A DNA stretch of 64,000 nucleotides from Minisyncoccota bacterium (lineage in GTDB: Bacteria > Patescibacteriota > Microgenomatia > PFEM01 > JAFGMK01), in NCBI GenBank assembly GCA_016927565.1, contig JAFGMK010000015.1:1149-65148 (forward strand), written 5' to 3'. The notes beneath the pieces are model-generated. The model made no database searches. It was not told the origin of the DNA and was given only the letters and a program-made list of their open reading frames with translations. Numbering within the stretch: the stretch's first letter is position 1; each line of letters begins with the position of its first letter. A program made the position numbers and the translations under genes. Below are positions 27,615 to 37,803 of this stretch, one piece after another.

Positions 27615-29321
27615 ATGAATACTTCTTTTCGCTTAAAATTAGTTTTGTTTGGCTTTTGGCTTCTTTTCGGGTTGGTTATCGGGCGTCTCTTTTACTGGCA
27701 AGTTTTAGAAGCCGACCAGCTGGCAATTGCGGCTTTGAAACAGCATCAGGATTTAAAAACCATTCCGGCTTCAAGGGGCCGGATTTTAGCGGCTGACAAA
27801 TCTTCTCTGGCTGCCAATGAGGAAGTTTTTTTGCTTTTTGCTGATCCTTCTCGGCTTGAAATGAAAGCTGATTTGGCGGCGGAAAAATTGGCTTTTTTGC
27901 TGGCAGGTGAAGAAGAGGAAGCCGAACTTGAAGAAACAATAAAAAATAGACTTAATCAGCCGGATTCGCTTTGGGTGCCCCTGCGGCGCCAGGTTTCCCG
28001 CGAAGTGAAAAAAACCATCGAAGAACTGGAAATTGCCGGCTTGGGATTTGAGCGGGACCAAAAGAGGATTTACCCTGAAGGAACCGCTTCGGCTCATTTG
28101 TTAGGTTTTGTCGGCCATGACCATCAGGGAGAGCCGAAAGGTTATTTTGGCCTGGAAGGTTTTTATGATCTTCAGCTGGCTGGTCAGCCTGGCGTAGTCA
28201 GGCGGGAAAAGGATGCCTCCGGGAAACCGATCTTGCTGGGATTTTCTTATAAAGAGGAAAAAAAGGACGGGCGTGACCTTTTAACCACTCTTGATCGTAC
28301 CGTTCAGTTTTTAGTAGAAAGAAAACTAAAAGAGGCATTGATTAATTACGGAGCGGTTAGCGGCTCAGTGGTGGTGATGGATCCCGACAGCGGCGCAATT
28401 TTAGGGATGGTTTCTCTGCCGGCTTATGACCCGGTGACCTATTTTAATTTTGCGGAAGAAGACTTTCCAAATCCGGTAATTGCTTCTTCTTTTGAGCCGG
28501 GATCGGTTTTTAAAATTTTGGTTGCCGCCTCGGCCGTTAACGAGGGAGTAATTACTTCTGAAACCCGCTGCCTGACTTGTTCCGGACCGAGGAAAATTGG
28601 CGGCTTTGAAATTCATACCTGGAATGATCGTTACTATCCGAATTCAACCGTTGCTGAAATTTTAATTCATTCGGACAATGTCGGGATGATTTTTGTCGCA
28701 GAAAAGCTGGGCAGGGAGAGTTTTTTAAAATATCTTAAAGGGTTCGGTTTTGCTGAGCCGACGGGAATTGATCTTCAGGAGGAAGATGTTTCTCCCCTCA
28801 GGCCGGCCGAAGAGTGGAAAGAGATTGATTTGGCAACAGCTTCTTTTGGTCAGGGAATAGCTGTTACTCCGCTTCAGATGATACGGGCCGCAGCTGTTAT
28901 TGCCAATCGGGGTTGGTTGATAGATCCTCATGTAGTTTCCGGAATAATTGAAGCGGGGGAGGTTAAAGAAATCAAAAACCGGCTTCCCAAAAGGGTGTTA
29001 AAATCGAGCGCGGCCGAATCAGTTAGCGCGATGATGGTCGAAGCGGTTGAGAAGGGAGAGGCTAAGTGGGCCAAGCCCGAAGGATTCAGGATAGCAGGCA
29101 AAACCGGAACAGCCCAAATCCCGGTGGAGGGTCATTATGATAAGGAAAAAACGATTGCCTCTTTTGTCGGCTTTGCTCCTGCCGGCCGGCCCCGCTTTGT
29201 GATGTTGGTGACCTTGAAAGAACCGAGCAGCTCTCCCTGGGGATCAGAAACTGCAGCACCTTTATGGTTCGAGATTGCCAGAGAACTCTTTATATATTGG
29301 GGAGTGATGCCTGAAAGATGA
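27615..29321 (+). CDS. ftsI: Peptidoglycan D,D-transpeptidase FtsI (class B PBP)
   Basis: N-terminal TM helix. SxxK (SVFKI), SxN (HSDNVGM) and KTG(T) (AGKTGTAQ) transpeptidase motifs. Confidence 0.85.
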   Translation: MNTSFRLKLVLFGFWLLFGLVIGRLFYWQVLEADQLAIAALKQHQDLKTIPASRGRILAADKSSLAANEEVFLLFADPSRLEMKADLAAEKLAFLLAGEEEEAELEETIKNRLNQPDSLWVPLRRQVSREVKKTIEELEIAGLGFERDQKRIYPEGTASAHLLGFVGHDHQGEPKGYFGLEGFYDLQLAGQPGVVRREKDASGKPILLGFSYKEEKKDGRDLLTTLDRTVQFLVERKLKEALINYGAVSGSVVVMDPDSGAILGMVSLPAYDPVTYFNFAEEDFPNPVIASSFEPGSVFKILVAASAVNEGVITSETRCLTCSGPRKIGGFEIHTWNDRYYPNSTVAEILIHSDNVGMIFVAEKLGRESFLKYLKGFGFAEPTGIDLQEEDVSPLRPAEEWKEIDLATASFGQGIAVTPLQMIRAAAVIANRGWLIDPHVVSGIIEAGEVKEIKNRLPKRVLKSSAAESVSAMMVEAVEKGEAKWAKPEGFRIAGKTGTAQIPVEGHYDKEKTIASFVGFAPAGRPRFVMLVTLKEPSSSPWGSETAAPLWFEIARELFIYWGVMPER

Positions 29322-29364
29322 TATAATAAAGGGGAATAATTTAATTTTTAGGCGGTGATTTTTA

Positions 29365-30663
29365 GTGGCAGAATGGTCTGTTTTTAAGGATAAATTAAGT
29401 TCTTTTCTTCCCCGTCAATTAGTCAATTTTTTCTATCACTTTCCCCGGGCGGTTTTGGCAAACCTCTACTATCGTTTTCCGGCCAAAGGATTAACGGTTG
29501 TCGGGGTAACGGGAACGGACGGCAAGACAACTACCGCCAGTTTGATTTATCAGATTCTTTTGCTGGCTGGGAAAAAGGCGGCTTTAATTTCCACAGTTTC
29601 TGCCAAAATTGGCCCCGATGAGTTTTCAACGGGTTTGCATGTTACTTCACCTGACCCCTGGGTTCTGGGAAGATTTTTAGCCGAAATCAGAAAAGGGAGA
29701 ATGGATTATCTGATTCTGGAGACCACTTCTCACGGTTTGGATCAACATCGGTTCTGGGGAGTGGACTTTGAAGTAGCAGTTCTCACTAATGTCACCCGGG
29801 AACATCTTGATTATCATCGGACTTTTAAAAAATACCTTAAAGCCAAAGGGAGATTGTTTAAAAGAGTCAAAACTGCCGTTTTGAATAAGGACGATCCTTC
29901 TTTTGATTATTTTAATTCAGTTCGAGCCAATCGTTCCCGCTTGCTGACTTACGCACTTTTCCGGGAAGCGGATTTGACTCCTCGGAATTTCTCTTTTAAA
30001 ACGGGCCTGCCGGGGGATTTTAATCAACTTAATTGTCTGGCTGCAGCGGCTGCCGGCCAGGCTCTGGGAATTAACCGGGCGGTAATCAAAAAAGGCCTGG
30101 CCTCGTTCAAGGGAGTGACGGGACGGATGGAAAAGATTGAATTGGGCCAGCGATTTCAAGTTCTGATTGATTTTGCCCATACGCCTAATGCCTTAAAAAA
30201 TGTCCTGACCACCCTGAGGAGTCAGAAAGCCGGAGGGCGGTTAATCGTTGTTTTTGGTTGTGCCGGCCTAAGGGATCAAAGCAAAAGGGAAAAAATGGGT
30301 CGGATTGCCGGGCGGCTGGCTCAAATAACGCTTTTGACAGCCGAAGATCCGCGGACGGAAGATGTCAATCGGATTATTACCCAAATTGCCGATGGTTGTT
30401 TGGCGGTTGGGGCCGAAGAAGCGGTTTTTAAGAATGAATTGCTTTGTCAAACTGGGAAAAGATTATTTTTTCGCATTCCCGATCGAAGAAAAGCAATCAG
30501 GTTGGCAATTGAAAAGCTGGCTCAAAAAGGAGATCGGGTAATTATTTGCGGTAAGGGCCATGAGCAAAGCCTTTGTTTTGGCCGGGTTGAAAAACCCTGG
30601 AGCGACCATCGGGAGGCAGAAAAGGCTCTTGAAAAAAGACTTAAAATGGACAACGGAAGATGA
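29365..30663 (+). CDS. murE: UDP-N-acetylmuramoyl-L-alanyl-D-glutamate--2,6-diaminopimelate (or L-lysine) ligase MurE
   Basis: Mur ligase P-loop VVGVTGTDGKTTT. C-terminal LTAEDPRTED corresponds to the MurE DNPR motif; the Arg is retained, suggesting DAP specificity. Confidence 0.8.
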   Translation: MAEWSVFKDKLSSFLPRQLVNFFYHFPRAVLANLYYRFPAKGLTVVGVTGTDGKTTTASLIYQILLLAGKKAALISTVSAKIGPDEFSTGLHVTSPDPWVLGRFLAEIRKGRMDYLILETTSHGLDQHRFWGVDFEVAVLTNVTREHLDYHRTFKKYLKAKGRLFKRVKTAVLNKDDPSFDYFNSVRANRSRLLTYALFREADLTPRNFSFKTGLPGDFNQLNCLAAAAAGQALGINRAVIKKGLASFKGVTGRMEKIELGQRFQVLIDFAHTPNALKNVLTTLRSQKAGGRLIVVFGCAGLRDQSKREKMGRIAGRLAQITLLTAEDPRTEDVNRIITQIADGCLAVGAEEAVFKNELLCQTGKRLFFRIPDRRKAIRLAIEKLAQKGDRVIICGKGHEQSLCFGRVEKPWSDHREAEKALEKRLKMDNGR

Positions 30664-32090
30664 ACAAGTCAAAGGTGCTTGAAAAGGTTAACGAGATCCA
30701 TTTCACCGGTATTAAAGGAGTGGGAATGACAGCGTTGGCTTGTTGTGCTCAGGATTTAGGAATGAGGATCACCGGCTCTGATGTTAACGAAATTTTTGTG
30801 ACCAATGAGGTGCTTAAAAGGAGAAGAATCCGCTGGCAAAGCGGATTTTCGCCGGAAAATATCAAAAAACCGGACCTGCTGATTGCTACCGGGGCTCATG
30901 GAGGGTTGGCGAATCCTGAGGTGAAGACGGCTCTTAAAAAGGGCATCAGAGCAGTTACTCATGCTGAGGGTCTGGCAATGTTTGCCGGTGATCAGGAAAC
31001 AATTTCGGTTTGCGGTGTCGGCGGCAAAACCACTACTTCGGCAATGATTGCGACTGTTTTGAATAATCTTGGCTTAAATCCGAGTTATGCGATCGGGGTG
31101 GCAGGGATTAATCCTCTGGGTGATCCGGGTAAAAAAGGAAAAGGAAAATACTTTGTGGCCGAAGCTGATGAGTATGCCGTTGATCCGGGAAGAGATAATC
31201 GGCCCCGTTTTTGCTTTCAAAAGCCAAAAGTGGTTGTGGTAACTAACATTGAGCACGACCACCCCGATATTTACCAGAATTTGACCCAAACAAAAAAAAC
31301 ATTCCGCCGGTTTTTTAAAAAAATTCCCCCGGATGGTTTATTGGTTGCCTGTATTGATAATAAAAACATTGCCAATTTGCTGAGTTCGGCAAAAATCAAA
31401 GCCCCGATTCAAACCTATGGCTTTTCACCGCAGGCAGATTGGCGGATAACCCGATTGGCTTTTGCTCCGGGAAAAAGTTTTTTTAACCTGAGCTACCGCG
31501 GTATCGAGTTTCGGGAAATTGTTCTTTCTGTCCCGGGCAGGTTTAATGTTTTAAATGCGACTGCGGCTTTTGCCGTCGCTTGTTTCTGCGGCGGCAGTAG
31601 CCGCCTAATCATTAAAGGCCTGGCTGAATTCGGCGGAACCCGGCGCCGGTTTGAAATGATTGGCGAGTCGGGCGGTGTTAAGCTTTACGATGATTATGCC
31701 CATCATCCGATTGAGATCGAGGCGACTTTGGCGGCAGCGAGGGAATGGTTTCAAGATAAAAAACTAGTGGTTATTTTCCAGCCTCACACCTTTACTCGCA
31801 CTCAAGTCCTAATGGAAGGCTTTGCCCGCTCTTTTTCTCAGGCCGATGAAGTTATAGTCACTGATATCTATGCCTCGGCCCGGGAAAAATCAATTTCCGG
31901 AGTTACTTCCGGAAATTTGGCTCGAAATATTTCCCGGTATAAAAAAAGAACTTTTTACTGTTCCACCAAAGAAGCTGCCTGCAGTCATTTAAGAAAAAAT
32001 CTTTCTGGCGGAGAAATCGTTTTTACTCTTGGCGCCGGAGATATCTTCCTTTGGCATCAGGACCTCTTAAAACTTTTTAAAAAATTATAA
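30660..32090 (+). CDS. murC: UDP-N-acetylmuramate--L-alanine ligase MurC
   Basis: IHFTGIKGVGMTALA N-terminal MurC signature and GVGGKTTTSAMIA P-loop. Confidence 0.85.
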   Translation: MNKSKVLEKVNEIHFTGIKGVGMTALACCAQDLGMRITGSDVNEIFVTNEVLKRRRIRWQSGFSPENIKKPDLLIATGAHGGLANPEVKTALKKGIRAVTHAEGLAMFAGDQETISVCGVGGKTTTSAMIATVLNNLGLNPSYAIGVAGINPLGDPGKKGKGKYFVAEADEYAVDPGRDNRPRFCFQKPKVVVVTNIEHDHPDIYQNLTQTKKTFRRFFKKIPPDGLLVACIDNKNIANLLSSAKIKAPIQTYGFSPQADWRITRLAFAPGKSFFNLSYRGIEFREIVLSVPGRFNVLNATAAFAVACFCGGSSRLIIKGLAEFGGTRRRFEMIGESGGVKLYDDYAHHPIEIEATLAAAREWFQDKKLVVIFQPHTFTRTQVLMEGFARSFSQADEVIVTDIYASAREKSISGVTSGNLARNISRYKKRTFYCSTKEAACSHLRKNLSGGEIVFTLGAGDIFLWHQDLLKLFKKL

Positions 32091-32833
32091 GTGACAAACT
32101 TTATTTTTGCCAATTTTGTTTATTTCTTCGATCAAAAGATTAGAATTTTAGGGGCTGGCCTTTCCGGCTTAACGGCCGTGATCAAATTGGCCAAAGCTGA
32201 TTTTGAGGTCGAGGTATTTGAAAGAGGTTCCGGGGTTGGTTGCCGGTTCGGAGGCGATGTTCTGGGAATCGAAAGTTGGTCAGAAAAAGAAGGGGTTAAA
32301 CAGTTTTTTAAGAGGATGAATCTTGAGATTAATTTTGATCTTGAGTTCTGCAGTCAGATTTGGTTTACCAATGACTGCCTTAATCGGAAACTTTCCTGTT
32401 CCAAACCGCCTTTTAATCTGGACAAGCGGGAATCATTATCGGGGAGTTTGGATCGGGGTCTTAAAAAGCAGGCTTTGGGTTTGGGAGTTGGTATCCGCCT
32501 TGGCCAAACGATGCCTGGCGGCCGGGCGGCAATTATTGCGACCGCGGGCCGCGCTTGGAGTTGGCCGTGGGAATTTTTTCCGGGATTGTTTTTAAAACCG
32601 ACCACTCAAAACAGCAAACTCAGCTGAATAATTTTTTGGAAGGAACCAGAAGTTTATTAGTTAAAAAGTCCGATCTTGAAATCCGCTCTTCACGGAGAGT
32701 GGGGGGAAGAGGCCAATCTCTTTTAGTCGGCGAAGCAGCCGGCTTACAAGATTTTTTTGCCGGCTTCGGGATAAAATATGCGATTGGCTTGGGGATGGGC
32801 CAAAGTGAATTACCCCCAGATTTTTTATTCTGA
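32091..32833 (+). pseudogene. Frameshifted, internally shortened FAD-dependent oxidoreductase (geranylgeranyl-reductase-like) remnant
   Basis: N-terminal Rossmann GxGxxG (RILGAGLSGLTAV...EVFERGSGVGCRFGGD) in frame 0. C-terminal GEAAGLQDFFAGFGIKYAIGLGM motif in a different frame (ORF 32555..32833). Total span about 250 aa versus about 380 expected. Confidence 0.5.
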
Positions 32834-32862
32834 GGTATAATTAGCTTGAAGAAGGAGAAAAA

Positions 32863-34185
32863 ATGGCTAAGTTTATCGTTCAAGGGGGGAGGCCCTTAAA
32901 AGGATCGGTCCGGATCGGGGGGGCAAAGAACGCCGGTTTTAAATTAATGATTGCCTCCTTATTGCTTTCCGGCGAAACCCGTCTTTTAAATCTTTCCCGG
33001 ATTGGCGATGTCGAGATAACCGCCAAGATTCTGACAAGTTTGGGTGCCAGATTGGAAAGCCGGGGCGAGAGGACTATTTTTATTAAGGCTAAGGGATTGT
33101 CAGCTTGTGAAATCCCGCTTTGTTTCGGTAAAGTTTCCCGGACGGCGCCGCTTTTTGTCGGGCCGCTTTTAGCCCGTTTCGGCCGGGCGGTTTTTCCTCT
33201 GCCGGGGGGGGATCCTCTGGGGTCCAGGCCAATTGAAAGATTTTTAGCCGGTTGGGAAATTTTCGGCTGCCGGATAAAAATAAAAAAAGAAACGGTTAGG
33301 ATTGATTGCCCCTATTTAAAAGGCGGATATTATCGGTTTGCTAAGCCAACCCATACCGGAACTGAGGCGATGATAATGACTGCCGTGCTGGCTAAAGGAA
33401 AAACAATTCTGGAGAATGCGGCTTTGGAGCCGGAAGTTGATGATTTAATTAAATTTTTAAATAATGCGGGAGCCAAAATCAAGCGGGAGCCTTTCCGTCG
33501 GATAAAGATTGAAGGAGTTAAACAACTTGGGGGCGTGATTCATTCGGTGATGCCTGATCGTAATGAAGCGGTTTCTTATGCCTGTGCCGCTTTGGCGACC
33601 AGAGGGGATGTCATCATTGAAAATGCCCGGGTGGAAGACATGAAGGCATTTCTCGATAAGGTGAAGGAAGCCGGCGGTAAATTTGCAGTTGACAGTTTCG
33701 GCATCCGTTTTTGGTATGACAAGCGGCTTCGGGCGAGCGATATCATTACCCGGCCTCATCCCGGTTTTATGAGCGATTGGCAGCCTCTCTGGACCGTGCT
33801 GATGACTCAGGCTAAAGGGACCAGCCGGATCGTGGAAACAGTTCATAATTTCCGTTTTCATTTTGCCAATGATATTAATCGGATGGGAGGAAAAATTGAG
33901 TTTTTCAATCCTGAACCCGCAGATCCCGAGACTTTTTATAATTTTACTTTAGATCCGGACCAGTCAGAAAACTTTCACGGAGCCAAAATAATCGGGCCGA
34001 CTCCACTTGAGGCCGTTAAAACCGAGTTTGCCGATATCAGGGCCGGGGCAACTTTGACGATTGCCGCTTTGATTGCCAAAGGTAAATCAATTTTAAAAAA
34101 GGCCGAAGAAGTTGACCGGGGTTATGAGGACTTGGATGGCCGCTTAAGAGAGCTGGGAGCAAAGATAAAACGAGTGGCAAGCTGA
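32863..34185 (+). CDS. murA: UDP-N-acetylglucosamine 1-carboxyvinyltransferase MurA
   Basis: EPT-fold with RIGGAKNAGFKLMIASLL N-terminal motif and MurA-like length, inside the cell-wall cluster. Confidence 0.75.
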   Translation: MAKFIVQGGRPLKGSVRIGGAKNAGFKLMIASLLLSGETRLLNLSRIGDVEITAKILTSLGARLESRGERTIFIKAKGLSACEIPLCFGKVSRTAPLFVGPLLARFGRAVFPLPGGDPLGSRPIERFLAGWEIFGCRIKIKKETVRIDCPYLKGGYYRFAKPTHTGTEAMIMTAVLAKGKTILENAALEPEVDDLIKFLNNAGAKIKREPFRRIKIEGVKQLGGVIHSVMPDRNEAVSYACAALATRGDVIIENARVEDMKAFLDKVKEAGGKFAVDSFGIRFWYDKRLRASDIITRPHPGFMSDWQPLWTVLMTQAKGTSRIVETVHNFRFHFANDINRMGGKIEFFNPEPADPETFYNFTLDPDQSENFHGAKIIGPTPLEAVKTEFADIRAGATLTIAALIAKGKSILKKAEEVDRGYEDLDGRLRELGAKIKRVAS

Positions 34186-34949
34186 TGGAGAAAAAGATTA
34201 AGCTGGATAAACTGGAAATACGGTATTTTCAAGAGGGAAAGAAAGCTCCTTTAATACTGCTTCACGGATGGGGAAAGTCGGGTCGGGTTTATAGTTTTCT
34301 GCAAAGATATTGCCGGCAGGAGTTTTGCTCAGCGGCTTTGGATCTGCCCGGCTTTGGCCAAAGCCCTCTTCCTCCGGAAACATGGGGAGTAAGAGAATAT
34401 GCTGATTCAGTCTTTAATTTTGCCGAAAAAAAGAAATGGGGATCTTTTTATCTTTTGGGTCATTCTTTTGGCGGCCGGATCGCTCTGGAAATGGCAATTT
34501 CTCACCCTGAAAGGATTAAAAAGTTAATCTTAACCGGAGTGCCTGTCCTGCGGAAATCTTCTTTTAAGCGTTGTTTATTTTGGCTGATCGCTAAGTCAGC
34601 CGGTCTTTTTTTTAAAATTCCGCCCTTTTCTTTCTCAAAAAAGTTTTTTTCTAAAGTTTTATATCATTTTACCGGCGAGCGGGATTATTCTCAAACCTCA
34701 GGCCGCTTAAGACAAATTTTTAAAAAAGTTATCAATTATGATCCCCGTTCCGGCCTACACGAAATTAAGGTTCCCACCTTAATTGTTTGGGGTGAGGATG
34801 ACAAGGTTACCCCGTTAAAAAATGCCTTTTTTCTTAACGAAAAAATTAAAAACATCCAGCTAAAGATAGTCAAAAAGGCTAATCATAAACTGCCCTATCA
34901 AAAACCAAAAGAGTTTGCCAGAATTGTTCTGGGTTTTTTAAAAGGTTAA
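34185..34949 (+). CDS. Alpha/beta-hydrolase fold protein
   Basis: LILLHGWGKSG and nucleophile elbow GHSFGG (LLGHSFGGRIAL). Confidence 0.65.
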   Translation: MEKKIKLDKLEIRYFQEGKKAPLILLHGWGKSGRVYSFLQRYCRQEFCSAALDLPGFGQSPLPPETWGVREYADSVFNFAEKKKWGSFYLLGHSFGGRIALEMAISHPERIKKLILTGVPVLRKSSFKRCLFWLIAKSAGLFFKIPPFSFSKKFFSKVLYHFTGERDYSQTSGRLRQIFKKVINYDPRSGLHEIKVPTLIVWGEDDKVTPLKNAFFLNEKIKNIQLKIVKKANHKLPYQKPKEFARIVLGFLKG

Positions 34950-34952
34950 AAG

Positions 34953-36542
34953 ATGAATCAGATTTTCTTAAAATGTTTATTTTGCTTCTTTTTTATGCTG
35001 GTCAACTTGGAGAACTTAAGCCGCTGGCTTTTTTGGTGGCAGACCAAAGAATACCGTTTCGACCGGATGCGGGTCCACCTTAAGACACCCAAGGGAAGAA
35101 AGGGACTTTTTGGTTTTTTTTATATTTTAAAGCTTTTTTTTGTAATCGGGCCAGGCCGCCTGAGCGGTTTTTACTTCTTCCTTTTTGCCCTGGAAAGCTT
35201 TTCTTTATTTTTAAGGTTCTTAAAAAGATCTCTTAAAAAACCCAAATTTACCTTTAAAATCTGGCTGCTTCTGGGGGAGAGTTTATTTTTTCAGGGAAGT
35301 CTGATCTTTTTCCTTTGCCCCTGTCCAACTCTTTCCTTGACTGTCCGGCCCTTTTTTACTGCCAATCTCCTTCTTCCGGCAATAGTTGCTCTGGGAGTCG
35401 CCGTTTTGGCAATTCCCACCTTACTTATTAAAAAAAGGATTATCAAAAAAGCGAGGCGAAAAATTAAAAAACAGCCAAATTTAACGGTGATCGGAATTAC
35501 CGGCAGTTTTGGCAAGACCAGCACCAAGGAATTTTTAAAAGTTATTCTTGAAAGTCAATTCCGGGTCTTAGCAACTACTGATCATGAAAATACTTTAATC
35601 GGAGTGGCAAGACAGATCAACCGGTATTTAACTGATAAACATCAGTTCTATATCGTGGAAATGGGAGCTTATAAAAAAGGTGAAATCAAGGCGATTTGTG
35701 ATTTGGTCACGCCCAAAATGGCCATTATTACCGGTATCGGCTTCCAACATCTGTCCCTTTTTGGCTCCCCAGAAAATTTGATTGAAGCCAAAAATGAACT
35801 GATAGAAAGCTTGCCGGCCGACGGACTGGCCTTCTTTAACGGCGATACATCGGGTTCTCTTTTAATGAGCCGTCGCTGCCGGGTGAAGAAAAAAATTTTT
35901 GCCCTGGATTATCCTCCGGCTGATTTTCGGGCGAAAGAAATTAAGATCTCCCGGAAAAGCTTGCGTTTTAAGATTTCTGCCGCTGGTTTTGACCGGTTTC
36001 AAATATTCTCTGCCGGGCTTTTGGGAAAACAGAATATTTCGAATCTCCTTTCAGCAATTGCCTTAGGTTTTAGTCTGAAAATGAATCCGCTCCAAATTGC
36101 ATTGGCAATTAAAAAACAAAAGCCGTTGACAGGAACGATGAAATTGGTTTCGGGTCCGGGGCAAATTAATCTGATTGATGATAGCTATAACAGCAATCCG
36201 GAAGGGGTTTTAGCAGCGCTTGATTATCTCGGGGTTTTTCCTAAAAATAAATACCTGGTTTTTCAGCCAATGATTGAGCTGGGAGAAAAGACTGAAGAGG
36301 AGCATCGGCGGGTATCCAAAAAAGCCCTGAAAATTTGCCGTCTGATCTTTTTAACTAATCAAAATTTCTATCGGCGGTTTGTCAATTCTCGTGATCGTGA
36401 TCGGGTTTTTATAGTTCGTTCACCCCGGGATTTTTTAAAAAAAATCCTGCCTTATCTCCGGCGGGACGAGGCGATTCTTTTTGAAGGAAGAGAGGCGGAC
36501 CCTTATTTAAAAGCTTTCTTAAGGGAGGTCAGAAAAAAATAA
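34953..36542 (+). CDS. murF: UDP-N-acetylmuramoyl-tripeptide--D-alanyl-D-alanine ligase MurF with an unusual about 170-aa polytopic membrane N-terminus
   Basis: Mur ligase P-loop VIGITGSFGKTSTKEF starts near residue 181 (normally about 105) and is preceded by 4-5 hydrophobic helices. The C-terminal Mur ligase domains are intact. Confidence 0.7.
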   Translation: MNQIFLKCLFCFFFMLVNLENLSRWLFWWQTKEYRFDRMRVHLKTPKGRKGLFGFFYILKLFFVIGPGRLSGFYFFLFALESFSLFLRFLKRSLKKPKFTFKIWLLLGESLFFQGSLIFFLCPCPTLSLTVRPFFTANLLLPAIVALGVAVLAIPTLLIKKRIIKKARRKIKKQPNLTVIGITGSFGKTSTKEFLKVILESQFRVLATTDHENTLIGVARQINRYLTDKHQFYIVEMGAYKKGEIKAICDLVTPKMAIITGIGFQHLSLFGSPENLIEAKNELIESLPADGLAFFNGDTSGSLLMSRRCRVKKKIFALDYPPADFRAKEIKISRKSLRFKISAAGFDRFQIFSAGLLGKQNISNLLSAIALGFSLKMNPLQIALAIKKQKPLTGTMKLVSGPGQINLIDDSYNSNPEGVLAALDYLGVFPKNKYLVFQPMIELGEKTEEEHRRVSKKALKICRLIFLTNQNFYRRFVNSRDRDRVFIVRSPRDFLKKILPYLRRDEAILFEGREADPYLKAFLREVRKK

Positions 36543-36543
36543 G

Positions 36544-37803
36544 ATGTTTGAACCGGTTAGTGTTTCGCTTTCACCGAATGCTTTTAAAGCGGATGTTTGG
36601 CGGTCAATGAGGGTTTTGGCCCGGCCATCCGATTGGTGCCGGGGCGAAGAACCGGCCAGGCTGGAAACGGAGTTTGAAAATTTTTTTCCCGGGGTTAAAG
36701 CCGCCAGCTTTGCCAGCGGCCGGACAGCCTTTTGGGCAATCCTGAAGGCATTAAAAATCGGCAAAGGCGACGAGGTGATTTGTCAGTCTTTCAGTTGTGT
36801 CGTGGTTGCCAATGCGATTCTCAAAGTTGGCGCCCGGCCTGTTTTTGGAGATATTAAAAAAGAAAGCTTCAATCTTGACCCTGAGGATTTATTAAAAAAA
36901 ATAACTCCCCGGACCAAAGCGATTGTAGTTCAGCATACCTTCGGCTTGCCGGCCGAAACGGAAAAAATTTTACAGATTGCCAGAGAGTATTCCTTATCGG
37001 TGATCGAAGACTGTGCTCATGGAATCGGTTTTGAGTATAAAGGTCAAAAAACAGGGGTTTTGGCTGATGCCGCTTTTTTAAGTTTTGGCCGGGACAAAGC
37101 AATTTCCTCTGTTTTTGGCGGAATGAGTTTGACGCGCCGTTTTGGACTTGCCCAGCAAATTAAAGGAATTCAGGAATCGCTTAATTATCCCTCTCCGGCT
37201 TGGGTAAGACAACAGCTTTTTCATCCGCCGCTGATGGCGGCTTTGTTGCCCGTTTACAATTTATTTTCTTTGGGAAAGATTATCTTATTGGGGTCCCAAT
37301 TGGGCCGGCTTTTATCCTTTCCTCTCAGTCAGGGTGAAAAAAAGGGTGTTTTTAATGAGAAGCTGATGGCCCGGATGCCTAATGGTTTAGCCGGGTTGGC
37401 CCGTTTTCAATTTTCCCGGCTTTCAAGATTCAATCAGATTCGTTCCCGAATGGTAGCTTATTATGCCGAAAATCTAAAAGAATTACCGGTTGAGTTGCCC
37501 GAATTCCAATCTCCAGACAAACAGCCGTTCCCTCTTTTGCGCTTTACGATCCGGATTGATAACCCCCAGGATCTTTATAAATTTGCCAAAAAACGGGGGG
37601 TGCTTTTAAACAACTGGTATTATCCGGCTGTCTCCCCCCAGGGAGTAGATTATAAAAAAATTGGCTATCAGCCGGCTGATTGCCCGGTAGCTGAAGCGGT
37701 TTCTGCCCGAGTAGTTAATTTGCCCACCCATCCGAAAATGACTTTAAATCAGGCTCAAAAGGTAGTTAAGATAATTAAAGATTTTTACAAAGAGAAAAGA
37801 TGA
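36544..37803 (+). CDS. DegT/DnrJ/EryC1/StrS family PLP-dependent sugar aminotransferase/dehydratase
   Basis: Fold-type I aminotransferase. SFSCVVVANAILKVGARPVFGDI and FGRDKAIS (PLP-lysine region) are typical of DegT-family enzymes. Confidence 0.75.
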   Translation: MFEPVSVSLSPNAFKADVWRSMRVLARPSDWCRGEEPARLETEFENFFPGVKAASFASGRTAFWAILKALKIGKGDEVICQSFSCVVVANAILKVGARPVFGDIKKESFNLDPEDLLKKITPRTKAIVVQHTFGLPAETEKILQIAREYSLSVIEDCAHGIGFEYKGQKTGVLADAAFLSFGRDKAISSVFGGMSLTRRFGLAQQIKGIQESLNYPSPAWVRQQLFHPPLMAALLPVYNLFSLGKIILLGSQLGRLLSFPLSQGEKKGVFNEKLMARMPNGLAGLARFQFSRLSRFNQIRSRMVAYYAENLKELPVELPEFQSPDKQPFPLLRFTIRIDNPQDLYKFAKKRGVLLNNWYYPAVSPQGVDYKKIGYQPADCPVAEAVSARVVNLPTHPKMTLNQAQKVVKIIKDFYKEKR

